A DNA stretch of 64,000 nucleotides from Antedon mediterranea (taxonomy: Eukaryota; Animalia; Echinodermata). Location of the stretch: assembly GCF_964355755.1 (NCBI RefSeq), contig NC_092678.1, positions 6,216,422-6,280,421 on the forward strand. The letters are read 5' to 3'. A program made the translations under genes and the position numbers. Position 1 is the first letter of the stretch, and each line of letters starts with the position of its first letter. This document shows, one piece after another, positions 28,901 to 43,900 of the stretch. The notes below the pieces were generated by a model that was not told where the DNA came from, searched no databases, and saw nothing but the letters and a program-made list of their open reading frames with translations.

Positions 28901-31900
28901 CCGTCTCCTGAACTCAAATATCCAAATGATGATGATCTTCTTGACCCTCCATCGGTGCTGTCCTCCACAAACTTTGCACCCCGTAACTGTGTGCCCCTCG
29001 GAATGACCTTAGAACGCAAGTTGCCATCAGTTCTAGCTAGAAGTGTTTTGCGGATCTGTCGCTGTTCACGGTTTTTCTTTGTCGTAATAATACGCTGCGC
29101 CATTGCTGATCCTCCATCAACTTCAGTTGTATCTGAAAGCCCTACAAAAAACAAAAATAGTAAACTTCAATATTTTTGATTAGTTTAATTGGTTTAAGAC
29201 AAGGACACTGCAAGTGAGAAGCCAAGCAGTGAAACCGTAATACCTTTCCATATTAACACTCACTCGTAGAACGAGTCTTCTCAGATAAGGACTATAAACC
29301 ATAGGTCCAGTGTACACATCTGGCTCATGTGCACTTTAAAGAACCTAGTACATCTTTCGAGATGAGTAGGGGGTTACCCCAGTGAACTAGTACACACACA
29401 GCCACTGTCACATAGACTCCTCAAGAGGGCCCCTTGATTGTCAGCATGTGCTGTTTAGGGTCACCCTCTATAAATAATGTAAAATTTAAAAAAAAACATC
29501 CATGAAATCGACACATAGCAAAGGATTGAAAATCAGAGGTCCAGTGCACACATCTCTCTCTTGTGCTCTTTAAAGAAAATACAGTAGTAAGTAGCACAGA
29601 CAGAGTAGGTGGTTACCCCGGTGAACTGTATCAATTTTAGCCACTGTTATTGTATCAGTCTAACAACCGTACCAGCTGAATCACTCTATCAAGGAAACCA
29701 AATGGGCCAATGTAGAGGAGGATGCAGTAGGTGACAGCAGGACCATGCACCCCGCTTTTGACAGCTAAACCTTTTTGATAGACTATTGATATTAATTGTT
29801 AATAGTCATTTAAGAAATACTTGATCTGCCCCTGCAATGTCCCAACATACAAATATATACATGTGTTTGTAGGCTGGGTAACGTATCAATTTGTTTTTTA
29901 GGCTTAAATACATTTGTAATTTTAATGATTTTAATTCTCACACTCACATGTGAAACAGATTACCAAATAGATATAATATAACAGACTATAACATACCAGA
30001 ATCTTCTGCTAATTCAATGGCTGAATAGAACGTATCATAAAACCACTGAGTATAAAGCTCACCTAACTGCAGTCCGCTCCATGTCACAATACCAGCTAAA
30101 AAAATAAAAAACACTCATAAATTCATTCAAATTTTAAAATAATAACATTTACTGTATGTGACTGAGGTAACCCCATAAATATTGCGCTCCCGAGGGTGTT
30201 CCTAAAAGGGGGTTGTATAATACTGTATAGTGTTTATTACCCATTCAAGTGAGAATTTAACGTTTTGCAGAGAAAAGGCACTACCCTTCCCAATACCCTT
30301 TTGTTTCTTCTAGTGGAAAATCGGCTTTAGTAAGGTACTTTAAACATTTGAGTATAAACTACCTTTGATATCTAAGCCAATATGCATGAGCAGTAATCCA
30401 GTGATTTCATGGTCCTCCTCAGACAAACTTCTCTTCAAACAGCCTTGTAAATCATTTACTTGCTATAACATAGTGCAAAACATTTCACAAGTTTTAAGGA
30501 AATATACAAAGATAGTAATAAGTACATGAAATATGACATAAAGCAGATGAGGACATCTGTGAGAATGAGACAAATCTGCCCCAACTGAGATTCATAACTT
30601 GGAACCTTCTGCTTGATATGTGGTAACCACTGGGGCTTTCATGGTATTTTTCAAATTCAGTTGGATAGCATTTGCACCATCGGAACTATTTTCCTTGCAT
30701 GTTTTATCATTACTAGTTGTTCATGGTAGAAATTTAACCAAATTCAAAGCTACTAACCTGCCTCAAAAGAAACCTAACCAGTTCAACATTGTGATTCTGA
30801 ATCGCGTTGTTTATTGGCAGATTATTTTCTTCTCCGTGGTTAACATTTGCACCGAGTTGAACAAGTATCTCAACAGCCTTGAAAATTAAACATTTATATA
30901 TTAAGCTCTGTTTACACTATCAACCAGTTTGTTTAAAAAAAAAGTGTGATGTGCCCAAATATGGTAGGGATATGCCCAAATATGGTAGTGATATGACATC
31001 AAAAATGTTAAAAGTTAAAATTTGGACAAAAATTATAATAGGTTCAATATACTGTAGTACCTTCAGTTGGTTTTCACTGCAAGCAAAGTTGAGAATTTCA
31101 TTTTTAAAACAGCTTAATATTCCCAAACATTCACAGGCCACCTCTACTATTTCTGAAACGAAACAATAAAAAAATATACAATACAAATTCATTCTTAAGT
31201 CTACACTATCAAACTAGTTTGACAAAAACGTGTGATGTGCCCAAATATGGTAGTGTAGACTTGCTCCAAGTCTGTATTTATTGTTTTTTTTATGTCATTC
31301 CACACGTCGTCGTTTTGATTTTTGTCTGAAAATACAGACTTGTGAAACACGTATAGAAATCGATTTGCAGACCGCAAACATCCAATAAGAATGACGTAGG
31401 TTATCATACCGTATTTGGCTATATGGGGCGGGCGGTATGTAAATATGGATTTCGAACCAGCCAATGATCATTTTGTTTAAAAATCGAGTACGTACAGTGC
31501 TAAATGTACGATCGAGACTGCTGAACTGTTGAAATATAAAATCGTGTTGCCAAGTTGTTTTGTTTATTAATTGTCTAGGCCTCAACTCGTACGTAGGCCT
31601 ATGACCTGCCATAAAACGTCAATAAGGTACATACCACCACCGGCACACAACAGAGCTAGTACATCACCACACAGACAGGACAGGCTAGGAGGACAGGGTC
31701 TGGGTGGGAATTAAATAATCTCCGCATAATAAATCCATTTAATGTTTGATTTGCGGAGAAGCTAGCCTATCATTATCAAGAAGAGTTTTCATGTTCTTGG
31801 AGAAAATCCCTTCAAATGTTTACCAGACTACTAGGCATATAAAATCATTTCTAGCCTTCAGAAACTTTCATCAATGTACAAAAGTACACACATGTGTATG

Positions 31901-34900
31901 TCTCCACACATTGTCTAAACGTAACATAGCGCATGTGCATCATCTTAGTTGTTGAGTCTTTGAAATTCCACATATGAATACTAAAACAGCGTACGAGTGA
32001 GTAGCCAATCGCATGCGGCTGAAACTAGTCAACTGGATAATCTACGCACCAAGAATTCTTGGTGTCAAACCACATGACTTTTGTGCGTGTTTCCCCAGAC
32101 GGAGTATCAAAACTCAAGTAATACACGTATGAAACGCCATATGTGCAAAAATATTTATATTTTTACTAATATTAAGGCAAAACTCCGTCTGTAGCCCAGA
32201 CTAATGGTAGTGGTATGATGTCATCATGTCCATATATGGACACATCACATTTTTAATTTAATGATGTTTTGTGTACGAGACCAAGTTTCTGCATCTTTAT
32301 ATTTCTTTTCCATTTGTAGTCGCGTGCAACACGACTCTACAGCTCACTATGTCGGTCGGTTGGTCGGTCGGTAAACACTAACTTGAGTATGTGACTGCCG
32401 CCATGTTTTAGAAAATGTGAAGTTTAATACCTTCTTCATCATCATATTTATCGATGATGTGAAACAGTCTGTCATGGATTTTTAAGTTTACCAACATTCT
32501 GGCAACATCCTCGGATATTTCCGCCAAGAACTGCAATACTACACAACCCTACAGGCATAAAGGAATTCATTCATTTAGTTTTAACCAAATATTTATTTAT
32601 TTATTTATTTTTTATTTACATTTATTTACCCAGGGTGGCCCAAACAGTTAAAAACTGGTTTCCATTGGGGCCCTGCATTTTACGTACAAAAGCAATAGCA
32701 CACAGTTAATAATGTATAACAATAAAAATATGAAAAAAAAAAAAAAAAAAAAATCAATAAAAATACAACAATAAATTCGGATACAATCAAATATATAATT
32801 TACTGAATATAAGGAAGCAATTTATGTTTTGTTAACAGTAATAACATTATTGGCATACCTCTTCTTGAAGTTTTCTTATTACTGTCAGCTTCTCAATACC
32901 TTGTATAAATCCCTAAAAATATGTAATATAACTCAATAAAAATACAGTGAAAGTAACCAATGTGATGTACACATGTATCAGCAATTCAACCATTGCTAAA
33001 CCATAGAGGGTACTAACATTTATAAAAATTTCTCTAAACAATTTCGGCCATCAGCATCTTTAGTAAACAAAACAAAACAATACGTATGCCTGGCAGGAAA
33101 TTTTCAAGCATGATAAAATATTCATTGTGTGACAAAAAAGTGTGATGTGTCCAAATATGGCAGTGGTATGTTCAAAGATGGTAGTGATATGACATCATCA
33201 TGTCCATATATGGGCACATCACACTTTTTTTGTCACATAAAGTTTGATAGTGTAGACAAGGCTTTAAAAAGTGTTGCTATACCTCTTCAGATGGGTCAAT
33301 GTCTGAGAATTGTTCCATAGCCTGAATGATGACCGATGCAGCTTTTTCAACTTGGCTCAATTCTCTTTCCTCATCTTTTGACAGCAATGCTTGTAGAAGA
33401 ATACATCCCTTGAGTACAATATCTAACAATAACAAAATTGATAACTTTAATTTACAATTTAAGAGATACTAATCTTTTGTAAAACTAAGCAATGGAAGCA
33501 CTCCACTATTCCTACAATTAGGCAGAGTGTGTACAGTGGACCTACAAGAAGACTTGTTCCACCACCAGAATTAAGGCTTGGTTCGCACTACTACGCAGCG
33601 CAACAACGTAAGCACAACGTAACTGACCAATGACAAGCAACAGTTCGATTACTCCATCGCTTATGATTTGTCAATTCTTTTGTGTAGCATCGTTTGTTTG
33701 TTTGTTTGTTTTTATTTTTTGCTCATATAAAAATCGACAGTGGTACAGAAAATATATATACATCAAAAGTCGCAGACTTAACAAACAACAAAATCAGAAC
33801 AATGACAACAACAAAAAACGAGTAGGAGCAAATGATAACCCTCTAAACCCGGAGCTTTGTATCCTGAGGGGTCCCGAAAGAAAAAACAAAGGAAAAAAGA
33901 ACAATTAATCAGACGGCAGGAAGTGAGAGAATACTAAATTAGTAAATTCGCTCTTTGAGGATTTTCTTTATATGAAGCTTGAAGGTGGACTTTAAATTAA
34001 TTTCTTTGATATTATGAGGTAAACTATTCCAGAGAATTATGCTATTATAAAAAAACTGTAGAAGCAATGTAACTGGATTTTTTATAAATGTTAATAAAAT
34101 CGTGTATGCTGCGCCCCTTGTATTATGGTGATGTCTTTCTGAAACTTTCAAAAAGTTTTCACGCATATACACAGGGGAGAAATTGTGCATTAAATTAGAA
34201 ATATGATTTAGTTGCAGTTGATTTACTCTATTTATAATATTTAGATAGCCAGCAAGTTTAAAGTCGGAGGCAGAAAGGTGATATCGTGGTCCCTTACCTA
34301 GGACAAATCTAATGACCTTATTTTGGACACGTTGGAGTTTGGAGACCTACAATTTTGAAATACCACAGTACCAAGAGCAACAGCAATAGTCTATAGAGCC
34401 AAAGCAGATGCCAATAATCTCTTTGTTTTAAGATCAAGGCGACTAGCAGATCTATACGTCCTTGCATTGCATCGTAGTGGGAACCAAGCGGAGTCGGCCT
34501 CAAACCCATGCCGATACTGTTGGTTCCTAGGTAGGCAAACACTGCTTGGCTGTTTTCCCCACTTAACATATCTCTTTTTATGGTAATTCATTGTATTTGT
34601 GTGTTTCTGTACAATAAAGACAATAGAACATTGCGATACTACTATTCAGGGAACACGAAATAAACGGGGAAAGTCAACACTGGGGACACTTGGTTGGGTC
34701 CCAAAGGTGCCCTCTTAATAAGGGTGCTACTGTAATTCAAATTGCACACTGTATACTCCATCCAGATTATACAGTAATGAACCAATTTTATCTATATAAG
34801 ATATTCAATTATTTTAAACTATTAAGCAAGTAAAAATACCTATGTTGTTGTAATGGTAGTCCATAACTTGCACAGCAATATCGTACGCATCACTTTCATT

Positions 34901-37900
34901 TAACATATCAACCATACCCTCTGTAACATAATCAAGTTATGCAATAATATACAAATAATGAATGAGTTGAATGTGAGAATATTCAGTTGAATAATTGACA
35001 GGAACAATATTGGATATTATCTCTAGATTTACCCGCAGTAGAGAGTACAGCCAAAGCTTCCATCATAACGCTTTGCATGTTGGCATCTGTCTGACTGTGC
35101 ACCATTCGCTCTAGGATCACCTCGTGCACTCCTTCAGTGAGACACTGATTTCTAAACACATCTATAAAAATATAACATATTTTAAACAATAAATTTCTCT
35201 ATTGATGCTTATTCCAATGAGGACAAATTTAATGTTTTATTTACATTTTCTTACAGAATAGAAGAGCTCAGTGCAAGCAAATTCATGCACAGAGCCTTCA
35301 GTTCAGAATTCAAAGCATTGAAGTTAAAAATTAACTGACGCCAACCCATCAATTCGATTTGATGGTAACACTGAAATTGTTGCTGCGTCAAAATTATGGT
35401 TTTATTTAAAACTTAACGTGTGTAGATTTGCGTGTGATTTGTTCCGTATAACAACAATACAGTAACATTCGTGATAAACTCACCAACTTCGGCTAAGCAT
35501 GTGATAAGTTGAATTGCAACCACCACAAGCAATGGGTCACCAGAATGTTGGCGTAGCGCTTTAAAAACGTAGTCCACAATGTCCGACTGATCTTCAATCA
35601 GATAATCCTTGTAATGTGTGCTGAAAATAAGCATTTTAAATATTCAAGACAATTATATTATTATTTGATGTCTCTAGGCATATGTGGCCAAGGATTACCA
35701 ATAGGAAATTAATCACTGTCCTATCAGACCTATCAGACACAGGGGCTAATTTGTGAATTAGTTCAGAGGGTTAACCCCCTACCTGTTTCAAAATGGTGAA
35801 CTGGGTTCTTTAGCACACAAGCAAACTACGATTTATTATCCGAGAAGACTAGTCGACCAGAACTAGTCTTGAACCCATGCCAATATTGATGGCTCTTTAG
35901 GTATGGTAAACAGCTCCCCTCCTCAGCCATTTGACTTACTTAATATGCTTGATGGTTGACCACCATAGGGTTAGGGTTATGGGTGTATATGCAGAGAGCC
36001 TCAGAATAGCCTATACTTACTTCTTATTACACACGCCTAACAGTGCTTGGCATGCACCTGCTAGAACCCTTGTATCCTCCACATGGAACTTCATACACTT
36101 TTTAATTCCAATAAATACACCCTTTTTCATAAGCGTACTTTGCATAAGATCTAAATAAATTGGGATATATAAAACCATTACACAAAATATGCTTAATTAA
36201 ATAATTTGAAACTGTTGTTAAAGTGATTTTTATATTACAAACAAATGTACTGTACCATAGTGTTAATACACAAATAATGAATGTTTATGCGTGCAATGGT
36301 ACAAATAATTTCATGAGGTGAAAGGTGAAAATAGAACAAATTTTCATCTGTCACCAAATGAAATTATTTGGTCTATTCCACGAATATAAACAATCATTAT
36401 TTGTTTATAAATGAACAAACAAAACCAACAGCAGTGCTTGAAATTGCACTCAAAGAGTTTAATAGAATATCTATTGAATATCATGTGACCAATAATCCCC
36501 ATATCAAATTACAGGAATGTTCTATTATTAATTGTTCGTTTGACTAGTAACTAGACATCGTTCATTCATCCATCCTAAAAATTCTACAATTTATCAATCA
36601 ATTAATCGATCAAGCATTTAATAAATCAATCAATTAAACAGCCAATTAAATTAATCTATAAATTCGTCAATCAATCGATCAATCAATTACCTAATAAATT
36701 GATCAATGAAACCTAGGCTCACCTGAACACATCATAACATGGTAAAGAGCTGTACAGGCAGATGCAGCTAAGTTACCATCTTTTTCATGTATCAGTAAAC
36801 AGGCCAGAATGGGACTGTCTAGGCTTAAACTGAAATATATTATTTTAGTAGATGTTAAATGGGGAAATTTACTATGAAACATATTTAGCTAAATCAAAGC
36901 ATGGAGTGAACGGGCAGTTGCCCTCACGATAGATACAGATTCTATGTATGCAGCTTACTGTTAACACTCGTCTGTGTAAATTGGACATTATTGTTTGAGT
37001 GTATTAGTATATGTTTGTAAACTAATCTTCAACTCCAAGAAGTATTTTTGTATACATGATTTTGTAGGTTAATTTATATTGAAAAAAAGACACCTACTTT
37101 AAGTCGTCATCCTCTGCCTTTGCAATGCATTCTGGTCTATGCATAAGTAATGTTGATAAAGATTTACAAACAGCATCCTAAAATAAAGATCACAAAAATG
37201 AAGTTATAATTGGTTTGATTTGATTTGTGAGACATGTCCTGCAAGATATTACAAAAGGAAATAATGCTGATGGTTCCATTATCTGATAGGGGTGTCCTCC
37301 CTTTGGAGAAAGAGGGCTATTGTTGGTTTATCCAGGTAAATACAATTATAAAAAAAAATTTTAGAGAATCTAAAAATAAAATATTGTATTATCATATCGC
37401 ATACCAAAACGTCCGGCTCATTTTGAAAGGTCGTCAATGCTTTGTGCGCTTCTTCGATCCAGTCGACCTCCGTAGTAGATCCAGTCACTTTCGAGTTATT
37501 GTCAATGGCAGTACCTGTACAATGACACATTGGAAAATGAATAAAGTTTAACCTAAAAATGTGCACTCAGAGAAACATTCAAAAGAAACACACAAAAGGC
37601 AGAGAGCGGAAAAGGCATAGTGTTGAGTTAGTTAATTATATTCCAGCATGAACTTGATTTTTGTTTTTATTAAAGCCAACCCTAATTCAGGGGACACCCT
37701 ATTAAGGGGCACATTCTGTTGGGTCCTGAAGGTGTCCCTTTAACAGAGGTTCAAAAGTAGTTATAAAGACAGTTAAGGTTAATTATATTCCAGCATGAAC
37801 TTGATTTTGTTTTTATTAAAGCCAACCCTAAGTCAGGGGACACAGTTATTCAGGAGACACTTTGTTCTGGTCCTGAAGGTGTATCCTTATGTTCTACTGT

Positions 37901-40900
37901 AGTTCAGGTTAATTTTATTCCAGCAGGAACTTGCCTTTTTGACATTAATTATTTAGCTTACCTAAACTGTCAAGAACAGTAAATGCTAAAGTTTGAAGGT
38001 TACCGCTACCCCTACTTGAATGGTTCCTGATGGCCGCTAAGGTCAATCTTGATGCACCATTTACTTCTAAGAAATTCTGACTTTCATCTGAAAGAAAATG
38101 AGGAAACCGTTATGGGTGAAAAATATCGAAATACGCGGGTTCAATTCTCGTTAAGAAAGACTCCCTGTCCACTCAGCTGTAAATGAGCATCTGGTTGCAA
38201 AAATACTTGGAATAAAGTTGAAAGGCTTAGTACAATGAGCTCCTAAAGCTGTCTACACTATCAAACTTTATGTGAAAAAAAAATGTGATGTGCCCATATA
38301 TGGACATGATGATGTCATATCACAACCATATTTGGGCACATCACACTATTTTTGTCAAACTAGTTTGATAGTGTAGACAGCTCATTCCCATACGTTTAGA
38401 ATAAAATGTAACTCGCCTAATGTTATTTTAGTATTAAGAGTAAGCAAGTTTAATTTAACTGCCGTTTGAACTTTTGAACTCTGCTTGAACTTTACTTTTA
38501 AATTTCAACCCAGATCTAGCTAATGAGAGATTAAAACTATTAGTAAGTCTGTAGCTTGGTGGTTAATATGCTAGCTTTCTAATTCTAAGGTCCAAGGTTC
38601 AATCCTGACCTAAAATCATCAGGGTTGTAATTCTCTACAGTTTTTACTCTACTTCTTAAGCTTGATTTCCACTAGCAACAAAACACAAGGACGTAACGCA
38701 ACGCAAGTGAGTTGACCAATCACAAGCGATGGATTATTCACACTGTCGCTTGTCATTGGTCAACATGCTTGAGTTGCGTCTATGTCCTTGCGTTGCGTTC
38801 TAATGGGAACCAAGCCTTAAGGCACAAATGAGTCTATGTTTGTTTATCCTGTTACTTGTATAGATGTGTATGAGATAAAACTTTAAAAACACACAAAAAC
38901 AAACTTTATATCGTCAATACATTTAAACATAAATATTATTCCAATGAAAGACATACAATAACAGGCCTGTTAAAACTGTTCACCAGCTCTTGTAGGCCTA
39001 GATATGATTCTAACTTACCAGTTCTAGCAAAGGTTTCAATGAGGGAACAGCACGCCATCTGAACGCCAACATCCATAGGAAACCTCGCCATTGCTCTGAA
39101 CAAATGTTTGTGTGATTTTGCCAACAAAACATCATATGTCTCATCTTCAACGAAAAAAAAAAACCAGTTTAAAAGGTATTAAGCTAATGGTTTTAAATTA
39201 TATCATACTATAATGCACTGTTCTTAGAAACTATATGCCCTAAAGGCTTTTACACAGAACAATTGGAAAGGTAATTTACACTTTAAGTTGGTGTATACAC
39301 TTTTCTACATGGTTTTTACTTAAAATCTGTATTTTTACTTTATACCTATGCCTGGATGGATGTATAATATGATATATATGTATATAATTATGTAAAGTAT
39401 CATTTCAATGATATGTATGGTTTCAGAGCCTTTGATATACCTGGATGTGCCATGGTGTTTAACGCCCAAAAAGCCTCTCTCATGACACATGGGTTTTCTG
39501 TATGGTTCTTCATTGCGGTTAGTACATACTCATACTTCTCTTTGGCAAAAAATTCTTTTTGTTCTTCAATATCTAAGATAGATAAAATAAATGAATAATG
39601 TTGAAAATGTAATGAGGATGACTTGGTATCTAAATCATAATAAATAATAAATCATGTTAAACATACCACAAATTTAATGGTCAAATGGTAGGGCATGTGT
39701 GTATCATATAAAGCAGAAAAGTTTAGGTTCGAATCTCATTCATTTTAGAAGACCGATCACTCCTAATTTTTTTATTTTTCATCATTAATATATATATAGT
39801 TTTGGCACACAACTAAAAGTGTTGGGTCCTTTTTAACAAGCTTACCATGAGAAAGAAGGTAGTGTAAGGCCATGCAACATGCTGATTGGACGTCTGTATC
39901 CATCGAGTAATTTGTCATGGCCTCTAACGTCGCACACAATATCCATTCTTCATTCATCAGATTATCACACACAATTTCTATCAAAGAAAACAATGTTAAT
40001 GTTAACTACTATCCAGGTAAAGTTAACTACTATCCAGTTAATGTTAACTGCTAGATCCAGTAAATGTTAACTACTATCCAGTTAATGTTAACTGCTAGAT
40101 CCAGTAAATGTTAACTACTAACATGTAAAAGTTAACTACTATCCAGTTAATGTTAACTGCTAGATCCAGTACATGTTAACTACTATCCAGTTAATGTTAA
40201 CTACTATCCAGTTAATGTTAACTGCTAGATCCAGTACATGTTAACTACTAACATGTAAATGTTAACTACTATCCAGTTAATGTTAACTGCTAGATCCAGT
40301 ACATGTTAACTACTAACATCAAAGAACTTATAACACAAGAATCTCCTGTTCTTCAATTTGCATTCAAAACACAGTATCGGAAGTACAGGGTTAAAAGGTC
40401 AAACTGGGCGACGCCATTTCACAGCATGGAGCAGCGCCCCCTCCAAACTAGGAAGTCAATTACTCTACCCCCTAGAGCATTAGCAGATCCCCTCTATGAT
40501 TTTGACTTTCTAATTTGATGCGGGCGCCCTACTCCATGGCTCACAATGGCGCCACCCATAGCTTTATTCTATCCCACAATGCCTTTCGAAATTGTTACGC
40601 GCTTCGGACGAACAGGAGATTCTTGTGTTATAAGTTCTTTGCTAACATGTAAATGTTAACTACTATCCAGTTAATGTTAAGTACTATCCAGTTAATGTTA
40701 ACTACTATCCAGTTAATGTTAACTACTATCCAGTTAATGTTGAGTACTATCCAGTTAATGTTAACTACTAACATGTAAATGTTAACTGCTATCCAGTTAA
40801 TGTTAAGTACTATCCAGTTAATGTTAACTGCTATCCAGTTAATGTTAACTACTATCCAGTTAATGCTAACTACTATCTAGTTAATGTTAACTACTATCCA

Positions 40901-43900
40901 GTTAATGTTAACTACTACCCAGTTAATGTTAACTACTATCCAGTTAATGTTAACTACTATTCAAATATATATTTATTTATAGATTTATTAAAGCTGGGCT
41001 TAAGTAGCCATGTGACCAGATTTCAACACAAGTAGGTTGAATGGAGAGAGTTGAACGATTGTCTAAATAGATGTAGTGGAGCTATAGCTTGGTGGTTAAC
41101 ATGCTTGCCTTTGAATCCAGAATTCAGGGTTCAATCCTGACCTATTTCTAATGTGAAACTTCGGGAGACACCGACAAGAGGCCTGTTCTTTTCTTCCGAG
41201 ATGTCCCGAGTTTGTACTGTGCATGTGTGCCCTAGAATTTAACTGACCAATCACGAGTACAGTAATACTTAAATAGCGCCCCAACTATGCAATGACAATA
41301 CATTCTCCCGAAATTTCTCAGGGTTCGCGTATGCATGTATGAAAGCGTGTAATAAATCGGGAGATCAAACTTGGTTACATCTTGTAACAAGTTACAATTT
41401 ACGCAGATGTGAAAAGGGTATAAGCTTGGTTCAAGGTAGAACTCAACGGAAGGATGCAAGTGATTTGACCATGATGGATGGATTATCTGTCGCTTATCAT
41501 GGACAATACGTTTGCAATTGCATCTATGTCCTTGCGTTGCGTCCTAGTGGGAACCAAGCTTTAATTCATTTTCTCACTGTTGGATGTGTATAAAACAATA
41601 ATACAAAATAATGACATTGAATGAATATAAATCATTCATTATTCGTTACAAAACGGTATACCTCTTAATAATACCATGGGGTTATAATTGAACAAGCTCT
41701 TGCGATTTACCTGTTGTACTCAGTTATGCAATTCAATTCAACTACTTTGTTGCTGTTCTCAATGTAGGACTAGAACAATAAAATTAGCCTCATAATAAGT
41801 CGTTGAGATAACCCATACTTACTAGAGCTAGCCAAAAGACCAATAGTTCTTAGCCCAACTGCCTGAATGTCAGAATACTCTGGGAAATTCTCTAGTGCTT
41901 GAATTATTTGTCTACAAAACACAAACAATGAAATTAACTTGTGTTAAGCCTTGTCTACACCATCACATTTTGTGTGACGTCGTGCCTAAATATAGTAGTG
42001 GGATGCCCAAAGATGGTAGTGATATGACATCACATTTTTCTGTCACATAAAGTTTGATAGTGTAGACAAGGCTTTAGATATTAATTAAAAATATATAAAG
42101 TACTAACAATTAAACTTTACTTATTTACATAAATTTGAATAATACCTCTTTCACATAGTAAAACTGGAGTTTTACAAACCACACAGTTGACACCCAGTAG
42201 TTTTGATAGTCAATGTGAAAGGGGTACAAAAGAGAAACTAAATGGCCAAATTAAATACCCTATAAATTCCTCCATCTGCTGTAAATAATAATAATACTAC
42301 TTTTTTCCTTTCCGTTTATCTTACTGCAGCATGTATTATAGTTTCTTGTGAAACAACATTTGCTTCTAGTGAGGGTGCCCCAGTAATACAAATAAAGAAT
42401 ATTTATATTAGTGCAATGGTACAAATAATTTCATAAGATAAAAGATGTTCTATATTCACAAGGTGAGTAAAAATAGAACATTTCATCTTGCACTCTCAAC
42501 AGGCATATAACGAAAATGCACTCTTGATGACATTAGGGTTCATTGGAGTAGTTTATTAAATCATGTGACCCATAATCCTCCAATCAAATTACAAGAATCT
42601 ACTCAGGTGTATAACTATAATAGGCATACACCACAAAGGTAATGTCTACACAGTTTGTGTCATATAACCAAATTACACTGTCTTAATTAACAATTAACTT
42701 TACTCCACCTCAAGTTAATCTAATAACAAATGTAAAATCCTTGATAACTTGCTTAGCAAATATCATATAGAAATCACTATTTTTTCATTCATTCTTTTTC
42801 ACCAATACAGAAAAATTGAAGCAGACTAAATAGCTATTGCTAATCAAAGGTTTTCCCCGTAATAAACAAATACAGTACATTAAATACGAACAATAACATT
42901 GACATAACCATAGCAACACATAACAATGAGATTAACATATTAAAGGATATAAACAAAACAACAACAAACCATAAGAAATAGGCCACCATAAATCAGTGTC
43001 TAGATATAAAAGTTCTGTTATATTTTTAACAACATAATTTTAGACTTAATATTCTTTATATCTAAAGGCAGGTCAATATTAATCACCAAAGAATCCATTT
43101 ATAGTTTATACATCAGGTTAACTTGCTTCTTAATCTTAGCATGAGGACATTGGTTAGTTTATACATGATCAGGTTAACTTGCTTCTTAATCTTAGCATGA
43201 GGACATTGGTTAGTTTATACATCAGGTTAACTTGCTTCTTAATCTTAGCATGAGGACATTGGTTAGTTTATACATCAGGTTAACTTGCTTCTTAATCTTA
43301 GCATGAAGACATTGGTTAGTTTATACATCAGGTTAACTTGCTTCTTAATCTTAGCATGAGGACATTGGTTAGTTTATACATCAGGTTAACTTGCTTCTTA
43401 ATCTTAGCATGAGGGCATTGGTTAGTTTATACATCAGGTTAACTTGCTTCTTAATCTTAGCATGAGGACATTGGTTCGAATTATGATCAAATAAAACATT
43501 TATTCCCAATAATTCAATTTCATGCCAAAAATACTTTGAACTTTGATTGAATGTTACTGGATTATGAAACTAGGTTAGGTTATGAAAATGTAATCACAGA
43601 TAGATCCAACTTGGATGCACGGGGTCAAACACAAAAATTGATTGAATGAAATCCAAAATTAATTCAAGAAAATACAAAAACTTAAATATAACAATGATAT
43701 ATATTTATTATCAGCTAAGTAAACAATAATTTAGGAACCGACATATATTAAATACAACGATTATTTGAACAGCAGCCTCTCAAAAATAGGCGCGAAGTAC
43801 CGAAAGATCAAAGGTGAAGTTGAAAGAACTTTTACACAATATTCAGCTATAAAAATAGCAATTGTATAACAAGCACAAATAAGCACCAATACAAATGTAG

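Noticed and set aside
42259-42278. 20-nt microexon (QMEEFIG)
   Set aside because: Phase is incompatible with exon 43801-43846, which joins 41823-41911 in frame without it.
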